DNA of 64,000 nucleotides from Marinicella sp. (GTDB lineage: Bacteria; Pseudomonadota; Gammaproteobacteria; Xanthomonadales; Marinicellaceae), in NCBI GenBank assembly GCA_965230295.1, contig OZ246001.1:3104001-3168000 (forward strand). Reading direction: 5' to 3'. How positions within the stretch are numbered: position 1 is the first letter of the stretch; each line of letters starts with the position of its first letter. The notes beneath the pieces were generated by a model that worked only from the letters and a program-made list of their open reading frames with translations, was not told the origin of the DNA and did not search any database. Position numbers and translations under genes: made by a program. Positions 52,201-61,508 of this stretch are shown here, piece by piece.

Positions 52201-53149
52201 ACGGTGCATCATTGCCAACCAAAATGGGTTGGTCACAAGGGTCGCTGGCACTGATGGTGGCTCTGAAATGATCTTTCCAAACGGACCATCGTTCACCACC
52301 AAAGCTGTTGGCTTCCAAGGGGGTCGGGTTGGGTTCAGTGGTGGTGATGACCGGAGGGACCACATCAAATACAGTGAACTCACGGGTTTGGTCATGAGTT
52401 GCAGAATCCACTGGGATGTTGGTGTCAATCTGGCCCGCGGCGATCAAGCCAGCTTCAATCCCTGCATTGATCAAAAACAAGCCGCCGACTTCGGCGGCTC
52501 GAGCTGCGGTGGCTGGATCGGTTTGTACCGAGAAAAACGATTCGAAGTATTTGATTTCATTGGTGATCACAAACAAGGCTATGGGAATGGTCACATCGAT
52601 CAGAGGGTCTATCTGGGTGTTGGCACTCCAATTGATCGGGTGGTTACCTGCAGGAAAGATCACAGTTTTATCTGTAGTAGACCAATCATCCAAATACTCA
52701 TTTTCAACCCGCAACACCACGGCGGCATTGGCATGGCCGACTGTTGGTGGTTGGGGGTCGCTGAAAGCACCCCAGTTCGAAGGTAAGTTCTTGATGTCGG
52801 CAATCCCCAACAGGTTTTCATACTCGGCTTCTTTTTGCGGTAAGGTAAATGAATAATGACAGCCATCAGGGCTGTCTGGTAGTTTGGCATTGGGGTCGCT
52901 AGATACCAGTGTCGGCGGTAAGGTTTTGATGCGCACATCAATCCCAATCGATGCCAAATCGGCTGCCGTGCCCAATGGACCTGGCAGGAATGAGGTGGGT
53001 AACAAAGAAAAATGTGCCGCTGCCCAGGCTTGATATGCATCCTCATAAACCGGGTTGTCAGCTATTTCAGCTTGTGTTGTTTGAGAGCTGCACAGCAAGC
53101 CAGCAATCACTAAACTCAAACAACTTTGTTTCAATGGTATGGTTTTCAT
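49229..53149 (-). CDS. Large secreted multidomain protein (HYR-like, NHL propeller, Ig/cadherin-like, PKD-like, DUF11) with DEIFSNGFE tail
   Basis: Signal peptide; GTTTITWAA; GQFDTPLGIAMD...DYNNSRVQRF; YTPDANYFGADQFSY; IAWGDGT. Confidence 0.82.
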   Translation of the reverse strand: MKTIPLKQSCLSLVIAGLLCSSQTTQAEIADNPVYEDAYQAWAAAHFSLLPTSFLPGPLGTAADLASIGIDVRIKTLPPTLVSSDPNAKLPDSPDGCHYSFTLPQKEAEYENLLGIADIKNLPSNWGAFSDPQPPTVGHANAAVVLRVENEYLDDWSTTDKTVIFPAGNHPINWSANTQIDPLIDVTIPIALFVITNEIKYFESFFSVQTDPATAARAAEVGGLFLINAGIEAGLIAAGQIDTNIPVDSATHDQTREFTVFDVVPPVITTTEPNPTPLEANSFGGERWSVWKDHFRATISASDPCDQPILVGNDAPFLLPLGTTTITWAALDTGPVGGSNSGIAMVTQNITVEDTRPPILLAPPSRVIESNVTASTDDFDVGTAVVFDVADPDPVVSNTIGSGFDPDTRTEVVWTATDSSGNSDTKTQWITVKTPGTNTAPQVNSLSANGLTSEHIDLTLIGSDSDLISGIFDPLKFDITSPPANGFFVAPLVPYFIEDFRVRPGDLVGDILNNSNNPSNDLYDAFCDANPPQDIPTDFVYRSEFVHVADDGTSYVLDKYWDCDTGGSSAVTRDRLSQWNADGQLVDQIDMNSSVKRITLDADGFIYAVTPGTASDALFLSMYNDQLNLVDNWRLDSIPSSLGNPRLLGATRDSATGLIFATDKRRVYIFDGADGNFVPGFLDTLKNDENFLSGAPSVAGSSSRGFYIELDSTGALYVVDSGLDRIHKFEPTTTDGVTLTIGDHIGWMGRCDSGPGCDVPKGRSFGYSCSDDTPCEVIIANGSNCGPFIAGPCSFGSGQGQFDTPLGIAMDPNDILYVTDYNNSRVQRFTALGDFAGEAASTCDGSCFILGDMGMPLDISVNASKFYVLDNDRELMHIFETAPFKEITDNSVVVTYASDNDFQGTDSFSFVANDGLIDSNVGTATISVSRNFRPPEAFDATLNTDEDNALALTLGADDPDGILGVDFNGLDVLTYQILEPPVHGTLTGSGAKLTYTPDANYFGADQFSYQVNDGVFDSNAGTIDIDVAPVNDPPQVQITDGNSRILPKALWPLLKNKVVGDGVQAGLGYPLPLMAEFIDPDPGQAHFLQIAWGDGTVDSANQLPPQDPNNPDDDPVITTTFNTLGQIFGDHTYMTPGVQTVNIEVFDEEGAGSNVASSQVTVIPMIDITLVDEEVDPVDYPEPGQVTQVTLYVKNNPPTDPIVGLPATNVTFTGTLPEDVTFLGITSSKGSCSTIDQTSTCQLGTLLPDEEVTITVTMQPDIRFNPDKAGYVIDATSNEPDASYDNTSVVPIPIQFQDEIFSNGFE

Positions 53150-53253
53150 TATGTCTCCTCTTTAACTCTAGGCTTAATGATTAAAGCAAGATCCCTGATA
53201 AAAACCCTCAAAAAACATTTAAAAAAAACAAAAAGTCATGCTAAGTTCTTATC

Positions 53254-53781
53254 ATGACTGACAATCCGGCCCGCAACTCAAATGATTTGGGTGATGAAAT
53301 TTATCGCCAACTCAAGACCTTAGCCAGGCAGTTGATGGCCAAAGAACGGGCTAATCACACCTTGTCTGCCACTGATTTGGTGCATGAGGCATTCATGAAA
53401 TTATCGGTTTCTGACATGTCCTTCAACGACCAAAAACACCACTTTCAGACCTTTGCTCGGCAAATGCGCCGGGTGTTGGTGAATTACTCACACCACAAAA
53501 ACGCCCAGAAGAACAAAGCCGAAGCTGTCCATTTCACCGATTCATTGGGCTTGGCGGGCGATGGTTTCACTGATTTCAACCAAATCAACAACGCCATTGA
53601 TCGCCTGGAACAGATGGACCAGCGCAGTGCCCAATGTGTAGAATTGATCTATTTCACCAACTTAAACCAGGCCCAAGCGGCCAAATACATGGGCATCTCA
53701 CTGGCCACTTTGGAACGCGACTTAAAGTTTGGCCGGGTCATCATTCACGAATACATCGATCAACAAAACAGCACACCATGA
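53254..53781 (+). CDS. ECF sigma factor, kinase-associated TIGR02999/ECF43 (EcfK-like) type
   Basis: HTLSATDLVHEAFMKL, MRRVLVN, VELIYF...TLERDLKFGR; ATGA overlap with the kinase gene. Confidence 0.88.
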   Translation: MTDNPARNSNDLGDEIYRQLKTLARQLMAKERANHTLSATDLVHEAFMKLSVSDMSFNDQKHHFQTFARQMRRVLVNYSHHKNAQKNKAEAVHFTDSLGLAGDGFTDFNQINNAIDRLEQMDQRSAQCVELIYFTNLNQAQAAKYMGISLATLERDLKFGRVIIHEYIDQQNSTP

Positions 53782-56447
53782 ACGCATCATTCGGATCACA
53801 GGTCAAAGCCCTGTTCAACCAATGCAGTCAGCTCCCTACAGCTGACCAACAAGCCCACGTAGACAGCAGTGATTACCCTGATGCAGTGAAACAACAAGTA
53901 TCACGGATGTTGAATTACTCGGGTGATATCGATGATCAAATGGCCAAGATCATCGCAGACACCGCTCAACAAAGTCTGAATGTCACCGCCATCCAGACAG
54001 GGCAAAAAATTGACCAATACCGCTTGGTCAAAACCATCGGCGAAGGCGGGCAGGGGGAAGTGTGGTTAGCCGAACGTGATGATGGCGAGTTCAACCATCA
54101 GGTGGCAATCAAGTTTCTCAAAATTACCGCCAACCAATACGAACTGGCACGTTTTCAGACCGAACGAGAATTGTTGGCTTCTTTGCAGCACCCCAACATC
54201 GCCAGCCTGATTGGTGGGGGACAGTATAAGGACCGTTTGTACATGATCATGGAGTGGATCGATGGTATCCCATTGTTAGCATACGTGCGGCAGAGATCCT
54301 TGAAACTGAATGGTCTGTTGACCAGTTTTCTGCAAATCTGTGAGGCTGTCAGTCACGCCCATGCCAAAGGCATCATCCACCGCGACATCAAACCATCCAA
54401 CATCCTGGTCACCGCATCGGGGGTGGTTAAATTACTGGATTTTGGCATCGCTAAAGTCATTGATACCGAAAACACCCAAACCCAAAGTGCAGCGATGATG
54501 ACCCTGGCCTATTCCAGCCCTGAACAAATTCAGGGCCAGCCAGTCACCACAGCCACCGATGTGTATGCCTTGGGATTGTTGTTGTATGAATTGTTGTGTG
54601 CCACCAAAGCCCAAGACAACACCACCGAATCACCGGCTGAATTGTTGCAATTGATCACCGATATCACCCCGGAAAAGCCCAGCATCATGGCTGCCAAGAA
54701 CCCAAGTCGCATCCCTGCCCGGATCTTACAAGGTGATTTGGATAACCTGGTGATGATGGCGATCCGCAAAGAGCCGGAACGCCGGTACAACACGGTAGAT
54801 GCCCTGGTCAATGACATTGAGAACTACCGCGCATCCAGACCACTGTTGGCCAGTGGGGACTCATTGTATTACCGCACCACCAAGCTGCTGAAACGAAACC
54901 CCTTGGCCTCGGTGCTGGCCACTTTGGTCTTGGCCTTTTTAATCACCTTACCCATCTTGATGTATCAAAACGGCCTCAAGCTCAAGCAAGAACGTGACAT
55001 CGCCCAAGAACAAACCCTGGTGGCCAACAAAACCACCGAATTCCTCACCACTTTATTTGAGTCAGTCTCGCCACTCGGACATGGTGGACAACCCGTCACG
55101 TTAGACAGCGTCTTGGCCCAAGGCGAACGACAATTGGCCGCTGATTTGACCCAACAACCCAAAGTCCTGGCTTCATTATCAATGGTAATAGCCAGTATCC
55201 ACCACCACATGAACAACACCCCCAAGGCCATTGATTACTACATCAAAGCGGCAGACTTATTGAACCAAACCGATGATGTTACCGGTGAACTGGTGGCCCG
55301 AGGCCAGTTGGCATTGATGTACTTCCGCAATGATGATCTGCCCAACACCGACGCCCAACTGGCTTTGGCCGATCAATTGGCGGCCCAAGTCGAGAACACC
55401 AAACAGCAAGCCTGGCACCAGTTGCGCAAAGCCACCGTTGCCAATGACCGGGGGCAGAATGAAGCCGCTGCCGAGTTGGCCCAGGCAGCCTTGGCGCTGA
55501 CCGAAGCGACCGACCAAAGCGATGTGGCCTTGATGGGGCGTATCTACAGTGAGTGGGGTGAAGCCACCAAACACACTGACAAGGAATTGTCTTTGGAATT
55601 GAATGGGTATTCCTTGGATTATGCCGAACAAGAAGTCGGTAAGATCCATCCTTTTTATTTGGGACGGCTCAGCAGTCGTGGGTTGCGTTTGATGCGCTTG
55701 AACCGGCATGAAGAGGCGGTGGCCATCATCGATGAAACCATCAGCATCGCTGGCCAATTGTATGACCAAAACAACCCCAAATACGCTGGATTCTTGTCAT
55801 CTAAACTGACGTATTTACATGACAAGGGTTATTTTGATGAAGCAGAAAGGTTGTATTTACAGGTGACCGACATCATGCGGAATGCTTATGGTGAAGAGCA
55901 TTTTGAGTATGCCCGGGTGATCAACAACCTGGCTTACCTGTATGAAGACAAGGGTGAGTTGGAAAAAGCCGAGCCCTTGTACCGACGTTCGGTTGAACTC
56001 AGAACCCTGCTGGACCCGGACAATGCCATCCGCATTGCCACGTCCAAATCGAATTTGGCCCGGGTGTTGTCAAAAACCCATCAACACGCAGAGTCGGAAG
56101 AATTGGTCAGTCAGGTGGTACCGGTGTTTTTGGCCAATAAACGCAACAACCTGTACAACGAAATCATCATCATGGCCAACCAATTTGGCGATGGCAGTGA
56201 TCTTGCAGCCTGTGAAGCTGGTTTGCAGCGGTTGACTGAATTGAAACCGTTGATAGAACAAGAATCACCCAATGGCTGGCGCCGCTTGGGTGCGGAATTG
56301 TGGATTGGACAGGTTTTGCAGAAATGCAATTTCAGCAACGAAGCAGGCCGGTGGCTGAACTCGGCACTGGCCATGTCGGAGAACATTTATAAAGCCGATT
56401 CTCAAGGGCGTGAGTTAATCGTAAACTTGTTGTCATCAGCTGAGTGA
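53778..56447 (+). CDS. Membrane Ser/Thr protein kinase with TPR repeats (PknS-like)
   Basis: GEGGQGEV, VAIK, HRDIKPSN, DFG, SPEQ; TM; TPR repeats NNLAYLY...AEPLYRRS; start placed at MNASF. Confidence 0.92.
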   Translation: MNASFGSQVKALFNQCSQLPTADQQAHVDSSDYPDAVKQQVSRMLNYSGDIDDQMAKIIADTAQQSLNVTAIQTGQKIDQYRLVKTIGEGGQGEVWLAERDDGEFNHQVAIKFLKITANQYELARFQTERELLASLQHPNIASLIGGGQYKDRLYMIMEWIDGIPLLAYVRQRSLKLNGLLTSFLQICEAVSHAHAKGIIHRDIKPSNILVTASGVVKLLDFGIAKVIDTENTQTQSAAMMTLAYSSPEQIQGQPVTTATDVYALGLLLYELLCATKAQDNTTESPAELLQLITDITPEKPSIMAAKNPSRIPARILQGDLDNLVMMAIRKEPERRYNTVDALVNDIENYRASRPLLASGDSLYYRTTKLLKRNPLASVLATLVLAFLITLPILMYQNGLKLKQERDIAQEQTLVANKTTEFLTTLFESVSPLGHGGQPVTLDSVLAQGERQLAADLTQQPKVLASLSMVIASIHHHMNNTPKAIDYYIKAADLLNQTDDVTGELVARGQLALMYFRNDDLPNTDAQLALADQLAAQVENTKQQAWHQLRKATVANDRGQNEAAAELAQAALALTEATDQSDVALMGRIYSEWGEATKHTDKELSLELNGYSLDYAEQEVGKIHPFYLGRLSSRGLRLMRLNRHEEAVAIIDETISIAGQLYDQNNPKYAGFLSSKLTYLHDKGYFDEAERLYLQVTDIMRNAYGEEHFEYARVINNLAYLYEDKGELEKAEPLYRRSVELRTLLDPDNAIRIATSKSNLARVLSKTHQHAESEELVSQVVPVFLANKRNNLYNEIIIMANQFGDGSDLAACEAGLQRLTELKPLIEQESPNGWRRLGAELWIGQVLQKCNFSNEAGRWLNSALAMSENIYKADSQGRELIVNLLSSAE

Positions 56448-56481
56448 AGCACCTGTCCAGTTAATGCAGCACCAAAGTTAA

Positions 56482-56733
56482 TTAATGTTTTGGGTTCATT
56501 GAATTCCTGACTTCAATCAAATGTTTTTGCGCACTTTTTAACTGCTCCATCAAAAACTTATGCAATTTCAAGTCAGGTTTTTTCTCGTGAGAAATGCGCA
56601 CGATTTCGTCTTTTAACTGTTGTATCTTGTCTAGAATTTCTATGTCTGGCCGTTGTAAAAAGTGATCCGTCTGGATGTTCAAAGATTTGATGTTTTTGGT
56701 TTTGTTGCTGTTTGTATCTTTCATGGTTCTCAT
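56482..56733 (-). CDS. Small hypothetical helical protein
   Basis: 83-aa ORF with coiled-coil-like composition; no motif recognised. Confidence 0.45.
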   Translation of the reverse strand: MRTMKDTNSNKTKNIKSLNIQTDHFLQRPDIEILDKIQQLKDEIVRISHEKKPDLKLHKFLMEQLKSAQKHLIEVRNSMNPKH

Positions 56734-56903
56734 TTGATATTTTCGTTTTATTTGAGGATGTGGATATGATACGAATTCAATGATCTTTTGAATGCAGTAA
56801 ATCTCTGATTGGCTTGTAAGAAAACATCGACATCATGTAATCAGCATGACCGGTTCGCGCCCAGAACTGGTTATGGTCTTCAACAAAACTTCGTGATTAA
56901 CTG

Positions 56904-57125
56904 TGGAAAGCTGTTGAGCAGCTTGACCCGCCGAACCGGTTGGTGAGCAAAGCGAATCAGAGGTGAAGAGCGCGAGGTAGCAAGTCATGTTCGCAGGTTA
57001 GGCAATGAATTCGTTACGGTTTTGCCAAAGGCAAAGAAGTAACGAGTGAATGCCGTAAACCGTGGTCGTTTTCACTTTTGTTTGGAACAAAAGTGAATGA
57101 AGCCTCAAGAACATTCCTTGTTGAT
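56904..57125 (+). repeat. Modular intergenic repeat, left copy
   Basis: Shares at least six 15-40 bp blocks with 60861-61286 in inverted orientation. Confidence 0.85.
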
Positions 57126-57282
57126 ATTGAGATTTTTTTACATGAAGGAATCCGTGTTCGACCGTTCAGCACCAAAAATCTACCGCACGTCCGAGATTCG
57201 AATTGAATGTGAATCCAGTCACATTTTTGTGCCAATATAAAAATAAGATATCGCAACAACAACAATAAAAATTGGGGTAAAC

Positions 57283-58965
57283 ATGAAGAATATCAGGAAA
57301 TTAATGCTGGCTGTTTTTTCGGTCAGTTGGGGAGGGATTGCGTTGGCCTATTGTCCATCCGATTCGATTTATCAGTCAAATTATGAATCGTTGTTTCCAC
57401 CAGCGCCATCCTCACCAGTAGTCAGTGCAGAAGATGCTGCCAGATTTTTAACCCAAACGACCTTTGGTCCTAAACTTTCTGAAATCAGACGGTTACAAGG
57501 CATGGGCTATGAAAACTGGATTGATGAACAAATGGCCTTGCCAACCACATTACAAGAACCCTGTATGCAAGCCGTGTTAGATGACCCGGATTTGCCTTTG
57601 TATCAAAATTCCAGACAAGAAGCCTGGTTCTTGAACTCAGCTGAGGGTGCTGATCAACTCCGACAACGCATGGCATTTACCTTGTCGCAGTTATTTGTGG
57701 TTTCTGACGCAGCCAGTTTGAACAATGAAGTGATGGGCTTGGCCAAATACTATGACATGTTGGGCAACAGTGCTTTCGGTAATTTTCGAGACATTTTGGA
57801 AGATGTCACACTCAACACCATGATGGGTTTTTATTTAGGGATGTTCAGAAACGCCAAAGCCGATCCTGTGGCTGGTACCCAGCCTGATGAAAATTATGCC
57901 CGCGAAGTGCTGCAGTTGTTCACCATCGGCTTACACCAACTGAACATGGATGGTACAGAAGTACTGGACATTGACGACAACCCAATTCCCACCTATGACC
58001 AGACTGTGATCGAAAATTTTGCCCGTGTTTTTACCGGTTGGAACTTTGCCGGCTGTCCTGAAAACAACTGGCAATGGTGTCACCCGGGACAACCTGAGGT
58101 TGATGGTTATGCCCCCATGGAACCTATTGAAGCGTACCACGACACCGATGAGAAAACGTTGCTTAATGGACAGGTCTTACCTGCCAATCAAACCGCCCAG
58201 CAAGATCTCACAGCAGCCCTGGACAACATTTTTAACCACCCCAATGTTCCACCATTTATCAGCAAACAATTGATCCAGCGATTTGTCACCAGTAACCCAT
58301 CACCAGCTTATGTAGAGCGAGTGGCCAATGTCTTCGCTAACAATGGCAGTGGTGTCAGAGGCGATCTGAACGCAGTCATCCGAGCCATTTTATTGGATGA
58401 TGAGGCACGCAATAACAGCTTCATCACGGTTGATTCTTATGGCAAACTCAAAGAGCCTTTGATTCGTTATTTCAATTTAATCAGGGCCTTCGAATCGAGA
58501 AGCCGAACCGGTCGTTATGGCAATTGGAATCCGGAATTTGCGTATTTACAGCGGGCATTGGGTTCACCTTCGGTGTTTAACTTTTATAAACCCAGTTTTC
58601 AACTACCAGGGCCGATCAGAGACCAGGGGCTGGTATCTCCCGAGTTTCAAATCACCAGTGAAACCACAGTGATAACGGTAGGCAATGAAATGAATGATGC
58701 AACCATCCGTGGTCATCATGAATATGATCACTGGAATGAGAGTAAGCCTTTATTGCAGTTACAAAGAGAACTGCAGTTGTTCAATGACATCAATGCCATG
58801 ATGGACCATTTGGATTTGTTGTTATTTGCTGGGCAAATGTCAGCACACACCAGGTCGACTGCAATCGCGATGTGGAACAATTTAGATGACAATGATGATG
58901 TTGACCGGGTCGCATCATTGATTTATTTATTGGTGATGTCGCCAGAATTCGTTGTACAGCGTTGA
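57283..58965 (+). CDS. DUF1800 family secreted protein
   Basis: AARFLTQTTFGP, DQLRQRMAFTLSQ, PDENYAREVLQLFTIG, SNPSPAYVERV, GKLKEP. Confidence 0.92.
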   Translation: MKNIRKLMLAVFSVSWGGIALAYCPSDSIYQSNYESLFPPAPSSPVVSAEDAARFLTQTTFGPKLSEIRRLQGMGYENWIDEQMALPTTLQEPCMQAVLDDPDLPLYQNSRQEAWFLNSAEGADQLRQRMAFTLSQLFVVSDAASLNNEVMGLAKYYDMLGNSAFGNFRDILEDVTLNTMMGFYLGMFRNAKADPVAGTQPDENYAREVLQLFTIGLHQLNMDGTEVLDIDDNPIPTYDQTVIENFARVFTGWNFAGCPENNWQWCHPGQPEVDGYAPMEPIEAYHDTDEKTLLNGQVLPANQTAQQDLTAALDNIFNHPNVPPFISKQLIQRFVTSNPSPAYVERVANVFANNGSGVRGDLNAVIRAILLDDEARNNSFITVDSYGKLKEPLIRYFNLIRAFESRSRTGRYGNWNPEFAYLQRALGSPSVFNFYKPSFQLPGPIRDQGLVSPEFQITSETTVITVGNEMNDATIRGHHEYDHWNESKPLLQLQRELQLFNDINAMMDHLDLLLFAGQMSAHTRSTAIAMWNNLDDNDDVDRVASLIYLLVMSPEFVVQR

Positions 58966-58978
58966 TAAGGGAGGAATT

Positions 58979-60364
58979 ATGAACAGAAGAAAATTTTTAA
59001 ATCGATCCATTTACAGTACATTGCTGGCAGGGGGTATGTGTTCAGCTGGTGGGATGTTACAACTGGCGAAAGCGGCCTCACTACAAAACAGCGCCATCAG
59101 AGGGACTGGGTACAAAGCCCTGGTCTGTGTGTTCATGGATGGTGGTAATGACAGCACCAACATGGTGGTACCCATGGGGGCCTCAGAACATGCAGCGTAT
59201 GCACAAGTCAGGGGGGATTTGGCCTTAGACAGCAGTGATTTATTGCCCATTTCACCCGCCAATAATGGCGGAAGATCATGGGGCTTACATCCTGATTTGC
59301 CAGGTATTCAAAGCCTGTTCAATCAGAACCGTGCTGCTTTGGTGACGAACATTGGTTCTTTGGCTTATCCGATTACCCAGGCAGAGTATAACAACGGCTC
59401 AGTACCGATTCCACCCAACCTGTTTTCTCATTCAGATCAGCAGATTCAGTGGCAGACCTCAGTGGCTGATCAGGCATCGATTTCCGGGTGGACAGGACGG
59501 GTTGCTGATTTGTTACATAACTCGGTGAATAACAACAACAGTTTGTCGATGAACATTTCATTGGCAGGTAACAACACCATGCAGGTTGGAGAAACAATTA
59601 ATCAATACCACCTGACCAACCAGGGCAGTGTCAGTTTGAATGATGTGGGATGTTGTGATGGAACAGAGCGATTGGCTGCTTTACAGACGCTGCTCGAACA
59701 ACCTCAATCCAACCTGTTCCAACAAGGCTATGCCGACATATTCAACCGCTCGATCGAATTAGATCAGGTCATTTCAGCAGCGTTGGCCGGAGCCGTTCCA
59801 TTGAATACCACGTTTCCCGAACAAGATGGCTGGAATACATTGTCAGAACAACTGGAAATGGTGGCACGCATGATCAGTGTGCAAAGTGTGGTCGGTATGA
59901 ATCGTCAAGTGTTTTTCGTCAAAGTAGGAGGCTTCGATAACCATGACAACCACCTCAATGACCATGCCATTGGTATGCAAAACATTGATGGTGCCATCAC
60001 GGCTTTCCAAAATGCCATGATTGAGTTGAATATGGAAGATCAGGTCACATTGTTCACTGCATCAGACTTTTCGCGAACCTGGATATCAAACGGTCAAGGT
60101 TCAGACCATGGCTGGGGTGCCAGTCACTTTGTCATCGGGGGTCAAGTCAATGGAGGGGATTTCTATGGCGACATGCCAATGGTTGAACCAGGCAGCATAG
60201 ACACCATCAGTGACCATGGCCGGGTCATTCCAACCATCGCTGTAGACGAATACGCCGCCACTTTGTCTCAGTGGCTTGGCGTGGGCAGTGGCTCATTAAG
60301 TGACATCTTCCCTAATATTGGGCGCTTCAACACCACTGACCTGGGTTTTATGGACTTGACATAA
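58979..60364 (+). CDS. DUF1501 family protein with Tat signal
   Basis: MNRRKFL, YKALVCVFMDGGND, LFSHSDQQ, GGFDNH, SDFSRT, GSDHGWG. Confidence 0.92.
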   Translation: MNRRKFLNRSIYSTLLAGGMCSAGGMLQLAKAASLQNSAIRGTGYKALVCVFMDGGNDSTNMVVPMGASEHAAYAQVRGDLALDSSDLLPISPANNGGRSWGLHPDLPGIQSLFNQNRAALVTNIGSLAYPITQAEYNNGSVPIPPNLFSHSDQQIQWQTSVADQASISGWTGRVADLLHNSVNNNNSLSMNISLAGNNTMQVGETINQYHLTNQGSVSLNDVGCCDGTERLAALQTLLEQPQSNLFQQGYADIFNRSIELDQVISAALAGAVPLNTTFPEQDGWNTLSEQLEMVARMISVQSVVGMNRQVFFVKVGGFDNHDNHLNDHAIGMQNIDGAITAFQNAMIELNMEDQVTLFTASDFSRTWISNGQGSDHGWGASHFVIGGQVNGGDFYGDMPMVEPGSIDTISDHGRVIPTIAVDEYAATLSQWLGVGSGSLSDIFPNIGRFNTTDLGFMDLT

Positions 60365-60376
60365 AGTGAGCCTGGT

Positions 60377-60823
60377 TTGATACAAAGGGGTTTTTCATCG
60401 CAAGCCTTGCTCTCCTTAGGCTTGCTAATCAGCCTGCTCAATCCTGCCCGAGCGGGATTGAGCGGCTGTGATGATCTCAGTGGAATTACAACCATGCCAA
60501 TGGTCGATTTTGATACAGAAATCCAACCCATCTTTGATACCCACTGCACCAGCTGTCATGGTGGCCCGAATCCCATTGCTTTCATGGACCTCGAACAGGG
60601 ATTTACCCAGTTGGTTGACGTGCCGAGTTTCCAGTTTCCAGAGATCAATCGCATTGAAGCTGGCGAGTCTTTCAACAGTTACCTGTTCTTAAAGATTAAC
60701 TGCAACAATCAACTTTCCGGTGATCGCATGCCGCGCGAAGCACCACCATTGACTTTACTGGACCAAGGGCTTATTCGAGATTGGATTGACCAATTGATGA
60801 TTTATAAGGACGGGTTCGAATAA
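60377..60823 (+). CDS. Small secreted c-type cytochrome with IYKDGFE tail
   Basis: Signal peptide, DFDTEIQPIFDTHCTSCHG, RMP...LIRDWIDQ. Confidence 0.8.
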   Translation: MIQRGFSSQALLSLGLLISLLNPARAGLSGCDDLSGITTMPMVDFDTEIQPIFDTHCTSCHGGPNPIAFMDLEQGFTQLVDVPSFQFPEINRIEAGESFNSYLFLKINCNNQLSGDRMPREAPPLTLLDQGLIRDWIDQLMIYKDGFE

Positions 60824-60860
60824 CCGTTTTATTGTCAATGCCAATATAAAGTATATAAAA

Positions 60861-61286
60861 ATCAAAAGGAATGTTCTTGGGGCTCCATTCTGGTTCATGG
60901 TCTGAAAGGTCTTCATATTTGCTGCGCAAATAAACCGACCTTTACAGACTATTGTCTGAGCAGTTGCTTCGCACTGCATGTCTGTTCCAGACAAAAGTGA
61001 AAACGACCGCGGCGAACATGACATGCTACCTCGCACGAATAACGCCATTCACATAAGGCTTCTTGACTTCGTCAAATCGCCACATGTTCATTGGCTATTC
61101 TCTTCGCCTCTGATTGGCCTACATGGATGTAGGTCTGCCGCGATAGCAAGGAGCGATAGCGGCCGCAACATCAAAAGCTCACGGTTAATCAATCATTACA
61201 TCAAGGCTTCTTTGCTTTGCAAAATCGCCATGATTGCATGATTTGCCTAACCGGCTCGGCGAGTCAAGCTGCTCAGCAGCTTTCCA
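60861..61286 (-). repeat. Modular intergenic repeat, right copy (inverted, with extra hairpins)
   Basis: Reverse complement matches blocks of 56904-57125. Confidence 0.85.
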
Positions 61287-61508
61287 TGGCATTAACTCCA
61301 TTGCTTGGGATGATTATGAACCGAATCTGAGTCAATACCCGGGTCGGGATGTGACCCACTTCTCATGTTAACTATGAAACGCTGAAAGCTGTCAACCGAT
61401 GGCTGCCAAGTCCGTTAAATCTGGCAAGACTTGGTCATTCTTGACACGAAACATTGCTTTGAAGATCAAGTCAAAACCAAAATTTTGAATGATTTAAGGA
61501 GAATTGAC

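Noticed and set aside
53634-53777. N-terminal extension of the kinase ORF
   Set aside because: Overlaps the sigma gene; the ATGA-coupled start at 53778 is more plausible
60755-61241. ORFs 60755-61048 and 60978-61241 (also 57014-57265) as transposase remnants
   Set aside because: They lie in the hairpin-rich repeats and show no transposase motifs
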